Shown: positions 29,371 to 38,631 of the stretch, piece after piece
How positions within the stretch are numbered: position 1 is the stretch's first letter
Layout of the letters: every line of letters begins with the position of its first letter
NCBI GenBank assembly: GCA_963695095.1
Contig: CAVOFT010000001.1
Location: 2,208,001-2,272,000 of the forward strand
Source: an uncultured bacterium
GTDB taxonomy: Bacteria > Krumholzibacteriota > Krumholzibacteriia > JACNKJ01
Reading direction: 5' to 3'
Length of the DNA stretch: 64,000 nt
Translations under genes and position numbers: made by a program
The notes under the pieces: model-generated
What the model was told of the DNA's origin: nothing
Seen by the model: the letters and a program-made list of their open reading frames with translations, nothing else
The model's database searches: none

Positions 29371-30957
29371 TCAGGGCGCCTGGCCGGTCGCCGGCGGCGC
29401 CGCGGGCGCCGGCGCGGCGGGCGGCCCGATGCGGTCGGGCGGCCCGATGCGATAGAGCGTGTAGACCACGGGGCCTGGCGCGCGCAGGCCCAGGCCCTGC
29501 ACTTCACGGCTGATCAGGGGCAGCAGCATGCGCCCATCCGGCCGCCGCCCCGCGAAACGCGCGGCCACGGGCGCCCGATCGACCAGGTAGTCGGCGGGGT
29601 GCAACTCGAGGAAGGCGAGGCTGCTCACCATCGCCTCGTAGCCCATCCGCTGCCAGAGCTCGGCGATCTCCGGATGGATGAGCCCGCCCAGGTCCACGAT
29701 CCTGCAGTCCGAGTTGAGGCCGAGCACGCCGATGTCGGGAGCGGCCACCCGGCTGCCGGCCGGCGCGCGCAGGGCGAGGTAGTCGGCGATGCGCCCGAGG
29801 CCGGAGTCCAGTTCGGCGCCGAAGCGGCGGGCGTAGGGCTGGACGCGCGTGAAGTAGAGCCCCAGGTTGGGCGCCAGGTGGAGCAGGATGAGCAACGGCA
29901 GCAGGCGCGAGAGGGCCGGCCGCCGCTCGCACCAGAGTTCGAAGCAGTAGATCGCGCCCAGGGGCAGCAGCGGCGTGACGACGAGCAGGTAGCGGCTGAT
30001 CACCTGGACATCGCGCGCCAGGAAGACGACAGGGAGCGCAACGCCCCAGGCCAGCGCCAGCGCGGCGTAGAAGCGCAGGCGCCCGCGCGGGGCCGCCCCC
30101 GCCAGGCTGTGGCGCTTGCGCAGCAGGTCCCGGCAGCGGCCGCCGATGAGGCAGGTCGCCAGACCCAGGCCCGCCACGCCGAGCAGCGCCGCCTGGCTGG
30201 AAACGGGAACGCGCAGGAGACGTCCAGCCTGGACGAGCAGATGGCCCAGACCCTGCCACTGGCCGCTCTTGGCCGCCGCCGTGTGCGGTAGCGCTTCCCC
30301 GAACTGCCACTGGGCGAAGAGCAGCCAGGGGATGACCGGCAGCGCCATGCCGATCGCCAGGGCGAACCAGCGCCGTCGCCAGCGCGCGCTGAGGAGGGCC
30401 GCGCCCAGCAGGAGCGCCGCCAGCAGGTAGAACTCGGGCCGGACCAGGCAGGCCAGGCCGGCGAGCAGGCCGATGGCCAGGACGCCGCCGCGATAGGGCG
30501 CCGCCGCCAGGCGCTCGAAGAGCGCGAGCAGGAGCAGCACGGCCAGGCTGGTCTCCATGCCGGAGGCCGCCCAGCGCAGGAACCAGACCTCGGTGGCGAA
30601 GAGCAGCGTGGCCGCGAGGCGCAGGGTCTCGCTGCGGATGGAACGCGCCGCCAGCCGGTAGAAGACGGGAATCGCGAGCAGGCCGGCGCCCACGGCGAGC
30701 AGCCGCGCCGCCAGCAGGCCCGCCGCCTCGCCGCTGGCGAAGGGCGCGAGCAGCAGCACCCAGAGCGGACTCGTGCTGCCGTAGGAGGGCTCGCCGATGT
30801 TGAAGACCCAGCCGTCGCCCAGCAGCAGATGGCGGGCGTAGACGAGATGGATGTAGGTGTCGTCGGTGACATAGCCCCAGAGCGGCCACTGCGCGAGCAG
30901 GTAGAGCAGGCCGATCGCGAGCAGGTAGCGGCGGGCGGAGCCGGCGGCGATGGTCAT
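29371..30957 (-). CDS. GT-C fold membrane glycosyltransferase (ArnT/arabinosyltransferase-like)
   Basis: DDTYIH..YARHL after TM1, GSTSPLW, SGMET, LVRPE; many TMs; C-terminal DIGVLG...DLGGL domain. Confidence 0.75.
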   Translation of the reverse strand: MTIAAGSARRYLLAIGLLYLLAQWPLWGYVTDDTYIHLVYARHLLLGDGWVFNIGEPSYGSTSPLWVLLLAPFASGEAAGLLAARLLAVGAGLLAIPVFYRLAARSIRSETLRLAATLLFATEVWFLRWAASGMETSLAVLLLLALFERLAAAPYRGGVLAIGLLAGLACLVRPEFYLLAALLLGAALLSARWRRRWFALAIGMALPVIPWLLFAQWQFGEALPHTAAAKSGQWQGLGHLLVQAGRLLRVPVSSQAALLGVAGLGLATCLIGGRCRDLLRKRHSLAGAAPRGRLRFYAALALAWGVALPVVFLARDVQVISRYLLVVTPLLPLGAIYCFELWCERRPALSRLLPLLILLHLAPNLGLYFTRVQPYARRFGAELDSGLGRIADYLALRAPAGSRVAAPDIGVLGLNSDCRIVDLGGLIHPEIAELWQRMGYEAMVSSLAFLELHPADYLVDRAPVAARFAGRRPDGRMLLPLISREVQGLGLRAPGPVVYTLYRIGPPDRIGPPAAPAPAAPPATGQAP

Positions 30958-32300
30958 GGTCGTCTCTCCCTGCGCGAACCCGCCAGGGGTTCGTCGCCGC
31001 TGGCGGCGACAAGCTCATCGAAGAGCGCCGCCATCGCGCGGGCCTGCTCGCGGCGGCTGAAGGCGGCCGGCGCCGGGCGCCGCGGCCACCCCGCGGCCAG
31101 CGCGGTCAGGGCGCTCAGCAAGCCGGCTTTCACGCTCGCCGCCTGCGGCCGGCAGACCCAGCCCAGCGCATGCTCGGCGATCAGGCTCTCGATCTCGCCC
31201 GGCGGCGTGACGGCGAGGATGGGCGGCCCCGCCGCCGCGTACTCGTAGAACTTGCCCGGCACCAGGTCCCGGTAGCGCTCGTCGTCGTGCTTGATGAGGA
31301 GCAGGAGGTCGGCGCCGGCCTGGCGCGCCACGCTCTCGGCGTGGGTGACGGGCGGCTCGAAGCGGACGAGATCGGCGACGCCCGCGGCCTCGGCAGCGGC
31401 CTCGTTGTCGCTCTCGCGCGGGCCGAGAAAGACGAAGCGCAGACGCGCGGCCAGCGCCGGCTGCTCCGCGCGCAGGGCCGCGAGTCCTGCCAGCACGGGC
31501 CGGGCCGAGCGCGTGAGACTGAGCTTGCCCGTGTGCAGGATCTCGATGGTGTCCTTCGGCGCCTGTGGCGCCGACGTCGCCGCCGGCGTCGTGTGCGAGG
31601 GCAGCGCGAAATCGGCCGGATCGAAGCCGTTGCGAATGAGCCGCGGCGGGCGGGCGGCCCGGCGCGCATAGTGCGCCCGCCAGGCTTCGGTGACCGCCAC
31701 CACCTGAGCCCGCGAGAGCAGGGCGGCCTCCATGCGCGCGTGCAAGCGGGCGTGCAGAGGCGTGGGCGGCGTCTTCAGGTGCAGGTTGATCCAGGGATCG
31801 CGGAAGTCGGCCACCCAGGGCAAGCCGCTGGAGGCCGCCAGGCGCTGCGCCACGCGATGGCCGCTGTCGGGCGGGCTGCTCGAGTAGATGAGCTGGATGT
31901 CCCCCGCCGCCAGACGGCGGCGGCCGGCGCGGGTGGCGGGACCGATCCAGCCCGCATAGGCGTCGGGCAGGAGGAAGAAGTCCCCCAGGCGCCGGAGCCG
32001 CGCGAAGCCGCGGCTCGAGCGGGCCCCCGCCGCACCGGCGCTCGGCCCGCCCCGCCCGCGGAGGCGGCGCAGCAGGCCCTGCCCCGTGAGCCCGCCCACG
32101 GCCAGGCGCTCGAGGCCCGACGGCAGCTCGGCGAGCAGGGACTCGTCGCGCACCCAGTAGTCGGCGGCCTCCCCGCAGAGCACCACCGGCTCCCAGCCGA
32201 ACTCGGGCAGATAGCGCGCGAGCTTGAGACTGCGGAAGACGCCGCCGTCGCCCATCGGCGGGAAGAAGTAGGCCACCATCAGGACGCGGCGCGCGCTCAT
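30954..32300 (-). CDS. Glycosyltransferase family 4
   Basis: AYFFPP..GGVFR, WVADFRDPW, IRNGFD, PGKFYEY. Confidence 0.9.
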   Translation of the reverse strand: MSARRVLMVAYFFPPMGDGGVFRSLKLARYLPEFGWEPVVLCGEAADYWVRDESLLAELPSGLERLAVGGLTGQGLLRRLRGRGGPSAGAAGARSSRGFARLRRLGDFFLLPDAYAGWIGPATRAGRRRLAAGDIQLIYSSSPPDSGHRVAQRLAASSGLPWVADFRDPWINLHLKTPPTPLHARLHARMEAALLSRAQVVAVTEAWRAHYARRAARPPRLIRNGFDPADFALPSHTTPAATSAPQAPKDTIEILHTGKLSLTRSARPVLAGLAALRAEQPALAARLRFVFLGPRESDNEAAAEAAGVADLVRFEPPVTHAESVARQAGADLLLLIKHDDERYRDLVPGKFYEYAAAGPPILAVTPPGEIESLIAEHALGWVCRPQAASVKAGLLSALTALAAGWPRRPAPAAFSRREQARAMAALFDELVAASGDEPLAGSRRERRP

Positions 32301-33439
32301 CGTCCGCCCCCAGCGGCGCGGCCGCCGCCTGCCGCCAGCGCCAGGAAGGCCTCGCGCAGGCCCGCCATGTTTTCCTCCCAGATCGCCCGCGCGGCGACGG
32401 TGGCGCGATTGGCCGCGCGCGCCGCCGCGAGCTCGGCGGCCGGCAGGGCGATGGCCGTGGCCAGCGCCGCGGCCAGGGCATCCGCGTGACCCACGGGAAA
32501 GTACTGACCCGCCGGCGGGCCGGCCACCCACTCGCGGTTGGCGGGCAGATCGCTGAGCACGGGGTAGGCGCCCATCGCCATCGCCTCGAGCAGGGAGACG
32601 CTGGTGCTGTCCGAGCGGCTGGCCGAGAGATAGACCGCCGCGCGCTGGAGTTCCGCCATCAGCTCGGCGCGGCCCAGGCGCCCCAGAAAGACCACGCGCC
32701 CCGCCAGGCCCAGGCCAGCGGCAAGCCGCTCGAGCGCGGTGCGCTGACTGCCGTCGCCGGCCAAGCGAAGCGTCCAGCCCGGATGGGCCGCGAGCAGGCT
32801 GGGCATGCCCCGCAGCACCGTGGGCAGGTCGTAGATGGCCTCGAGATTGCGATTGTGCAGGATCACCGGGTCGCGCGGCGCGGCCGCCGCCGACGCTGCG
32901 CTCTGAAAGAGCGCCCGGTCGATGCCCATGGGCGCCGTGAGCACGGGCAGCCCCGGGCCGGCCAACGCCTGAATGGCCGCTGTCAGCATCGCCGCGTCGC
33001 TGGTGACCAGATCCGCGGCGCGCAGGACGCGCCGCGCCCGCCAGCGATGCAGCGGGCTGCGCGACGGATTGACCAGCACGTCGCTGCCCCAGGTGGACAG
33101 CACCCAGGGTCGCGCGCCCAGCAGCCAGGCCATCCAGCCGTAGTTGGGCAGGAAGTGCGCGTTGATCAGGTCGGGCGCGAAACGCGCCAGGGCGCGCCGC
33201 GCGGCGGGCAGGGCCAGCGTGGTGGCGAGGGCGGCCGGGCGCAGGCGCGGGCCCAGGCGCTGGGCGGTGACCGGCGACTCCACGATGGCCTCGAGGCTGA
33301 GCAGGAGCAGCTCGTCGCCCTGCTCGGCGAAGTAGCGGGCCCAGCGCCGCGTGTGCGGGCTGCGGCCGTCGCTGAGCAGGGCCAGGCGCAGGCCGGGCGC
33401 GCCCGCCGCGCGCCCGCCGGAGGCGGGCCGGCCGCTCAT
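32297..33439 (-). CDS. Glycosyltransferase family 4
   Basis: HTRRW, WGSD, SDSTSVSLLEAMA, SDLPANREW. Confidence 0.9.
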   Translation of the reverse strand: MSGRPASGGRAAGAPGLRLALLSDGRSPHTRRWARYFAEQGDELLLLSLEAIVESPVTAQRLGPRLRPAALATTLALPAARRALARFAPDLINAHFLPNYGWMAWLLGARPWVLSTWGSDVLVNPSRSPLHRWRARRVLRAADLVTSDAAMLTAAIQALAGPGLPVLTAPMGIDRALFQSAASAAAAPRDPVILHNRNLEAIYDLPTVLRGMPSLLAAHPGWTLRLAGDGSQRTALERLAAGLGLAGRVVFLGRLGRAELMAELQRAAVYLSASRSDSTSVSLLEAMAMGAYPVLSDLPANREWVAGPPAGQYFPVGHADALAAALATAIALPAAELAAARAANRATVAARAIWEENMAGLREAFLALAAGGGRAAGGGR

Positions 33440-34977
33440 GCGGACACCCCGAGTAGCCAGCCCAGCCGGCGGCGCAGCCCCGCGCTCGGCAGCCGGCCGA
33501 GCAGCCAGAGCTTCTCCTCGGTGTCGAGGAGACTGCGCCCTCTCATCACGAGGCCGGCCAGCGCCGCCAGCGAGGAGAGGCCGAGGAGGGTGCCCGGTGG
33601 CGAGGGCATCAGGCCCTGCCGCCCGGGCCAGAGAGCGGCCAGCGCGCAGGCGGCGATCACGGGGCCGAGGGCCCAGGCCGCCGCGCGACTCAGCTCGCCC
33701 GCGGCGCCCCTGAGCCAGCCCCGCCGCGCCGCGGCGACGAGGACGGCCGTCGCCTGCAGGGATGCCGCCAGTACCTGGGCGATGCCCAGGCCGACGAGCC
33801 CCCAGCGCCCGATGAACCAGGGCAGGGCGCCGTAGTAGGCCAGCGCCCAGAGCAGATTGCCGACAAGCACCGCCGCCAGCCCGTCAAGCCCGCGCAGGGC
33901 GGCCTCGAGGGCCGCGGCCAGACTGCCCAGGGGCAGGGTGAGCAGGAGCAGACCCAGGAGGGGCAGGGCCGCGAGATAGGCCTCCGTGGACAGGAGCAGG
34001 ATCAGCGGGCGCGCGGCGAGGAAGAGCGCGGCCGCCAGCCAGAGCGAAACGGCGAGCTGGCCGCGCACCAGCAGGCGCAGGCGCCGGCCCAATTCGGCCT
34101 CGCGGCGCTCTTCGTAGAGACGGCTGACCTCGGTCTGGAAGGAGAGCACGGGCGCGGCCAGGAAGCGCTTCGTCACCCCCACCAGGCGCGCGGGCACGTG
34201 GAAGAGGGCCACCAGCTCCAGGGCGGCGACCATGCCGATGACGTAGCGGTCCAGCTCGAAGTAGGCCAGGCCCAGCCAGCGCAGGGGCAGGCTGTAGAGC
34301 CAGTAGTCGGCGAGCTGCCGCTTGCTGATGCGCAGGGGAGAGCGCAAGGCGCCCGCGGCGGGCAGCCAGATGGGCAGCAGGGCCAGCAGCGCGAGCGCGC
34401 GGAGCAGGAACCAGAGCGCGAACAGGCGCAGGGCGCCGGCGGCGTCGAGCCCCGCGCGGACGAGCAGCAGGTGCAGGGTGAGCCCGGCCAGGGAGATCAG
34501 CTCGGCCAGCGCCGCTGGCGCCATGCGCCGCAGGCCCTGATAGAGACCGGCCGTCAGCTCGGACAGGGCCAGCGCGAGGGCGAGCAGAAGGGTCGCGCCG
34601 AAGAGGCCCTCGCCTCCCACCACCGGCGCGAAGCGACCGGCCAGTGGCGCCCAGAAGCTCTTCGCCAGCAGTGCCACGAGCGCGCAGCCGGCCAGGCTCA
34701 GGCCCGTGAGCCAGGCGGCCGCGCGCAGGAGCGCGGCCCGCTCGCCCCGCACCTCGAGCTGGGGCAGGAAGCGCTGGGCCAGCGCCGGCAGGCCGAGGCC
34801 GCCGATCGCCGCGAGCAGGACGGCAAAGCCGCGCAGGACGAGGAAGCGGCTGAAGACCTCCGCGCCGAGGCTCACCGTGAAGAGCTTCATCTGCAGCAGG
34901 CCGAAGATGCTCGCCGCCAGGCCCTGAAGGAGAAGCCAGAGCGTGTTGCTGCCCGCCCGCGAGGCCGTGGCGCTCAT
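33436..34977 (-). CDS. Wzx-type polysaccharide flippase (MOP family)
   Basis: About 12-14 hydrophobic segments; DRYVIG; located among GT genes. Confidence 0.8.
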   Translation of the reverse strand: MSATASRAGSNTLWLLLQGLAASIFGLLQMKLFTVSLGAEVFSRFLVLRGFAVLLAAIGGLGLPALAQRFLPQLEVRGERAALLRAAAWLTGLSLAGCALVALLAKSFWAPLAGRFAPVVGGEGLFGATLLLALALALSELTAGLYQGLRRMAPAALAELISLAGLTLHLLLVRAGLDAAGALRLFALWFLLRALALLALLPIWLPAAGALRSPLRISKRQLADYWLYSLPLRWLGLAYFELDRYVIGMVAALELVALFHVPARLVGVTKRFLAAPVLSFQTEVSRLYEERREAELGRRLRLLVRGQLAVSLWLAAALFLAARPLILLLSTEAYLAALPLLGLLLLTLPLGSLAAALEAALRGLDGLAAVLVGNLLWALAYYGALPWFIGRWGLVGLGIAQVLAASLQATAVLVAAARRGWLRGAAGELSRAAAWALGPVIAACALAALWPGRQGLMPSPPGTLLGLSSLAALAGLVMRGRSLLDTEEKLWLLGRLPSAGLRRRLGWLLGVSA

Positions 34978-35978
34978 CGCGCCCTCCTGCCGGCCAGGCG
35001 GAGCCAGGCGCCCTCGCGGCGCCAGAGGCCATAGTGCACGGGCTGGGCGCCGAAGGCGGCCTTGAAGGCGAAGAGGGGATCCTTGCCGCCGCTGCCGCCG
35101 AAGTTGAAGCTCTGCTCGCCGTCGGCCGCGGCCTGCTCGAGATTCATCGCGTAGAGCATCACGCTGGGTGCGAGTTCGCGGTGCGCCTTGCTCGCGCAGC
35201 CGTTCCAGGCGATGACCGCGCCCCGGAAGTGGAAGTTGAGATGGCCGCCGATCAGGCGGCCCCGGTGGCGCGCCACCCAGAAGCGCACGCGCTCGCCATC
35301 GGCCACGAGCTGCTCCAGGTGCGCCAGCGGCGTCGGCCGCGCGAGACCCCAGTCGCGGGCGTGCTCCAGGTAGATGCGATGGTAGGCCGCCAGGTCGGCC
35401 GGCTCCGCGCTGCGCGCGACGATGACGCCCTCGCGCAGGGCCTTGTGCACCTGGCGGCGGCGCTCCTTGGCGAAGCCCTTGGCATAGACCGTCTCCCAGC
35501 CGGGACGGAGGTCGAGGATCTGCGTGGCGAGACGGGCCGGGGCGGCGGCCGGCCCCGCCGGCGCCGCGAGATCGGGCGGCGTCACCAGGCTGAGTCGCTG
35601 GCGACGCCCGCCGAGATCCGACAGGAAGCGGGCGATGAGCGCCTCGCGCAGGCTGGGATCCGCCGTGGGCGCCAGGGCCGGCCCGCCGTAGGTGCCGAAG
35701 GGCAGGCTCTGGCGGTGGACCAGCCCGAAGCGGCCGCTCTCGGCAAAGGGCAGCAGCCCCTCGATGGCGCCGCCCGCGCGGCGCAGGTACCAACCCAGCC
35801 GCAACCCATAGACCTTCTCCAGGCTCCCTAGCCAGGTGGAGGTCTGGTAGAAGCTCGCGCCCACGGCGCTGGCGAGGAAGGCGTCGAGCTCGTCCCAGTC
35901 CAGGCGCGCCACGCGGACGATGCCGCGCCCTGCGCCCTCCTGCCGAGCGCCGCCGCCTGCGCCGTCTTCAGCGCGCAT
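34974..35978 (-). CDS. GNAT/FemAB-like acyl- or aminoacyl-transferase
   Basis: SFYQTSTW, SLPFGTYGG, RRQVHKALREG, FNFGGS...LFAFKAAFGA. Confidence 0.82.
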   Translation of the reverse strand: MRAEDGAGGGARQEGAGRGIVRVARLDWDELDAFLASAVGASFYQTSTWLGSLEKVYGLRLGWYLRRAGGAIEGLLPFAESGRFGLVHRQSLPFGTYGGPALAPTADPSLREALIARFLSDLGGRRQRLSLVTPPDLAAPAGPAAAPARLATQILDLRPGWETVYAKGFAKERRRQVHKALREGVIVARSAEPADLAAYHRIYLEHARDWGLARPTPLAHLEQLVADGERVRFWVARHRGRLIGGHLNFHFRGAVIAWNGCASKAHRELAPSVMLYAMNLEQAAADGEQSFNFGGSGGKDPLFAFKAAFGAQPVHYGLWRREGAWLRLAGRRAR

Positions 35979-37179
35979 AGTAGCGCAGCAGCTTGCGCAG
36001 GGCCGCCGAGGCCGCGTCGACTTCGGCCGCGCTGATGCCGGGGAAGAGCGGCAGGCTGAAGCAGCCGCGATAGAAGGCCTCGCTGGCCGGGAGCTGGTCC
36101 GCCAGCTCGCCGAAGTAGACGCGGTGCGCGCTGTGCTTCTGGATGGGAATGAAGTGCAGGCTGGGCGTGACGCCCTCGGCGGCCAGCGCCGCCAGGAAGC
36201 GGTCGCGGTCCACGCGCAGGGCGCCGTCGGCCAGCCGCGGCGCGAAGAGGTGCCAGCTGTGGCGATTGCCCGCGCGCTCCGTGGGCAGGATCAGCGCGGC
36301 CTCGCCGGCGAGATTCGCCGTGTAGCGCGCCACGGCCTCCCTGCGCAGCGCGCGCAGCTCCTCCTCGCGGGCGAGCTGCACGAGGCCGAGAGCAGCCTGG
36401 ATGTCCGTGAGATTGCACTTGTAGCCGAAGCGAGTGACGTCGTAGTGCCAGCGGCCCTGCTCGCCGTAGCGCTTCCAGGCATCCTGATCCATGCCGTGCA
36501 GGCTGAGCAGGGCCAGCTCGCGCTCCTGCTCCGGCGTCGCACAGCTGACGAAGCCCCCCTCGCCCATGCTCAGGTTCTTCGTCACGTAGAAGGAGAAGGC
36601 GGCCATGTCGCCGAAAGCGCCGGGCGGGCGGCCGCCGGCCAGGGCGCCGAAGGCGTGGGCCGCATCTTCGATGAGCAGGAGGCCGCGCTCCTTGGCGAGG
36701 GTCGCCAGCTCCTCGATCCGACACAATTGCCCGCCGTAGTGCACGGCGAGGATGGCCTTCGTGGCCGGCCTGATCGCGGCGGCCACCGCCGCCGGATCGA
36801 GGCCGAAGGTCTCCAGTTCGATGTCGGCGAGCACGGGCGTGGCGCCCGCATGGTGGATCACGTTCACGGAAGCCGTGAAGGTGTTGGGACTCGTGATCAC
36901 CTCGTCGCCGGGGCCGATGCCCAGCGCCTTGAGCGCCAGGAAGAGGCCCGAGGTGCAGCTGTTCACCGGCCAGCCCTGCTCGAGCGCCATCGTGGCCAGG
37001 AAGGCGGCGCGGAACTCCTGCACTTTCGGCCCGATGGTCAGCCAGCCCGAGCGCAGGGTCTCCACCACGGCCGCGATCTCGGCCTCGCCGTGGCAGGGCC
37101 GGAAAAAGGGCAGGCGCGTGGCGAGCAAGGGCTCGCCGCCCTCGATCGCGGGGAGCGCGGCGTCGCGCGGGGCGCTCAC
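35968..37179 (-). CDS. DegT/DnrJ/EryC1/StrS PLP-dependent sugar aminotransferase
   Basis: SGWLTIGP, NSCTSGL, IEDAAHA, FSFYVTKNL..GEGG; GTG start after AAGGAG. Confidence 0.95.
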   Translation of the reverse strand: MSAPRDAALPAIEGGEPLLATRLPFFRPCHGEAEIAAVVETLRSGWLTIGPKVQEFRAAFLATMALEQGWPVNSCTSGLFLALKALGIGPGDEVITSPNTFTASVNVIHHAGATPVLADIELETFGLDPAAVAAAIRPATKAILAVHYGGQLCRIEELATLAKERGLLLIEDAAHAFGALAGGRPPGAFGDMAAFSFYVTKNLSMGEGGFVSCATPEQERELALLSLHGMDQDAWKRYGEQGRWHYDVTRFGYKCNLTDIQAALGLVQLAREEELRALRREAVARYTANLAGEAALILPTERAGNRHSWHLFAPRLADGALRVDRDRFLAALAAEGVTPSLHFIPIQKHSAHRVYFGELADQLPASEAFYRGCFSLPLFPGISAAEVDAASAALRKLLRYYAR

Positions 37180-38592
37180 TGCAGCTCCTTCACGGCACGG
37201 GCGGCGGCCAGCATGGCGGCGCGCAGACCCTCTTCGTCGCCGGCGGCGGCGAGGGCGCCGAGTTCGGCGAGCAGAGCGTCGAGGTCCAGGCCCGCGGGCA
37301 GCTGGGGCCGGATGATCATCAGCTGCTCGCCGAACTCGCTCACCTCGGCCTCGGCGCGGGTCATCAGCTGCTCGTGCAGTTTCTCCCCGGGCCTGAGCCC
37401 CGTGAAGCGAATGGGAATCTCCCGCTCGGGCACGAAGCCCGAGAGCCGGATCATGCTGCGCGCGAGCTCCAGGATCTCCACGCTCTCGCCCATGTTGAGG
37501 ATGAAGATCTCCCCGCCCGTGCCGCTGGAGCCCGCCTGGATGACCAGCATGCTGGCCTCCTTGATCGTCATGAAGAAGCGCGTGGCCCCGGCGTCGGTGA
37601 CCGTGACCGGCCCGCCGGCGGCGATCTGCCGCTGGAAGAGCGGGACCACCGAGCCGCGGCTGGCCAGCACGTTGCCGAAGCGAACGGAGATGAAGCGCGT
37701 GGGGCCGCCCGCCGCGGCGGCGCGCAGGAGGAGCAGCTCGGCCAGGCGCTTGCTCGCGCCCATCACGCCTTGCGGGTCCACGGCCTTGTCCGTGGAGAGC
37801 ATCACCAGGCGCTCGGCGCCGGCGGCTTCTGCTGCCCGGATCAGATTGCGCGTGCCCAGCACGTTGTTGACGAAGGCCTCGCCCGGAAAGGCCTCCATGT
37901 AGGGCACGTGCTTGTGGGCGGCGGCATGGTAGATGAGCTCGCGGCCGCTCGGCCGCCAGCACGCGCGCGAGGCGCGGCTCCTCGCGCAGGTCGGCGATGA
38001 GGCCGACGAGCGCGAGCTGCGGGTGGCAGTCGCGCAGCTCGTTCTCGATCTCGAAGATGGAGTTCTCGCCGCGGCCGAGCAGGATGAGGCGGCCGGGCGC
38101 GAGGCGCGCCACCTGCCGCGCGATCTCGCTGCCGATGGAGCCGCCGGCGCCGGTGATCAGCACCGTCTTGCCGGCGACGTCGCGGCGCACGGGCTCGGGC
38201 TGGAAGTCCACCGTCTCGCGGCCGAGCAGGTCCTCGGGGTTCACGCGGCGGATCTGGGAGAACTGCACGGCGCCGGTGACGATCTCGCGAATGCCGGGCA
38301 CGATCTTGAAGGGCAGGCCGGCTTCCTGGCAGACGCGCACCAGGCGGCGCACGACGGCGCCGGCCGCGCTCGGGATGGCGAGCAGCGCCTCGTCCGCGCC
38401 CAGGCGAGCGGCCACCTCGCGCAGGCTCTCCGTGTCGCCGAGCACGGGGTGACCGTCCACGGTCTGTCCGACCAGCGCAGGCGCATCGTCGAGCCAGCCC
38501 AGCAGGGCGAGGCCGAGTTCGGGGTGGGCCGCGATCTCCGCGGCCACCATGCGCCCGGCCTCGCCCGCGCCGATGATGAGGATCTTCTTCAT
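37176..38592 (-). CDS. CapD/PglF-like UDP-sugar 4,6-dehydratase; one extra base near 37941
   Basis: GAGEAG, EDLLGRE, TGAGGSIGSE, HAAAHKHVP (across the shift), STDKA, MGASK, RFGNVL.SRGSV, RPGEKL. Confidence 0.9.
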
Positions 38593-38631
38593 CGCCACCT
38601 CAACGATCTCCCCGGCGCGCAGAGGCGCGCC

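Noticed and set aside
35968..38598. Apparent 876-aa CapD-DegT fusion in the ORF track
   Set aside because: Artefact of the extra base near 37941. The middle is out-of-frame Arg/Gly-rich sequence, and DegT has its own RBS and GTG at 37179.
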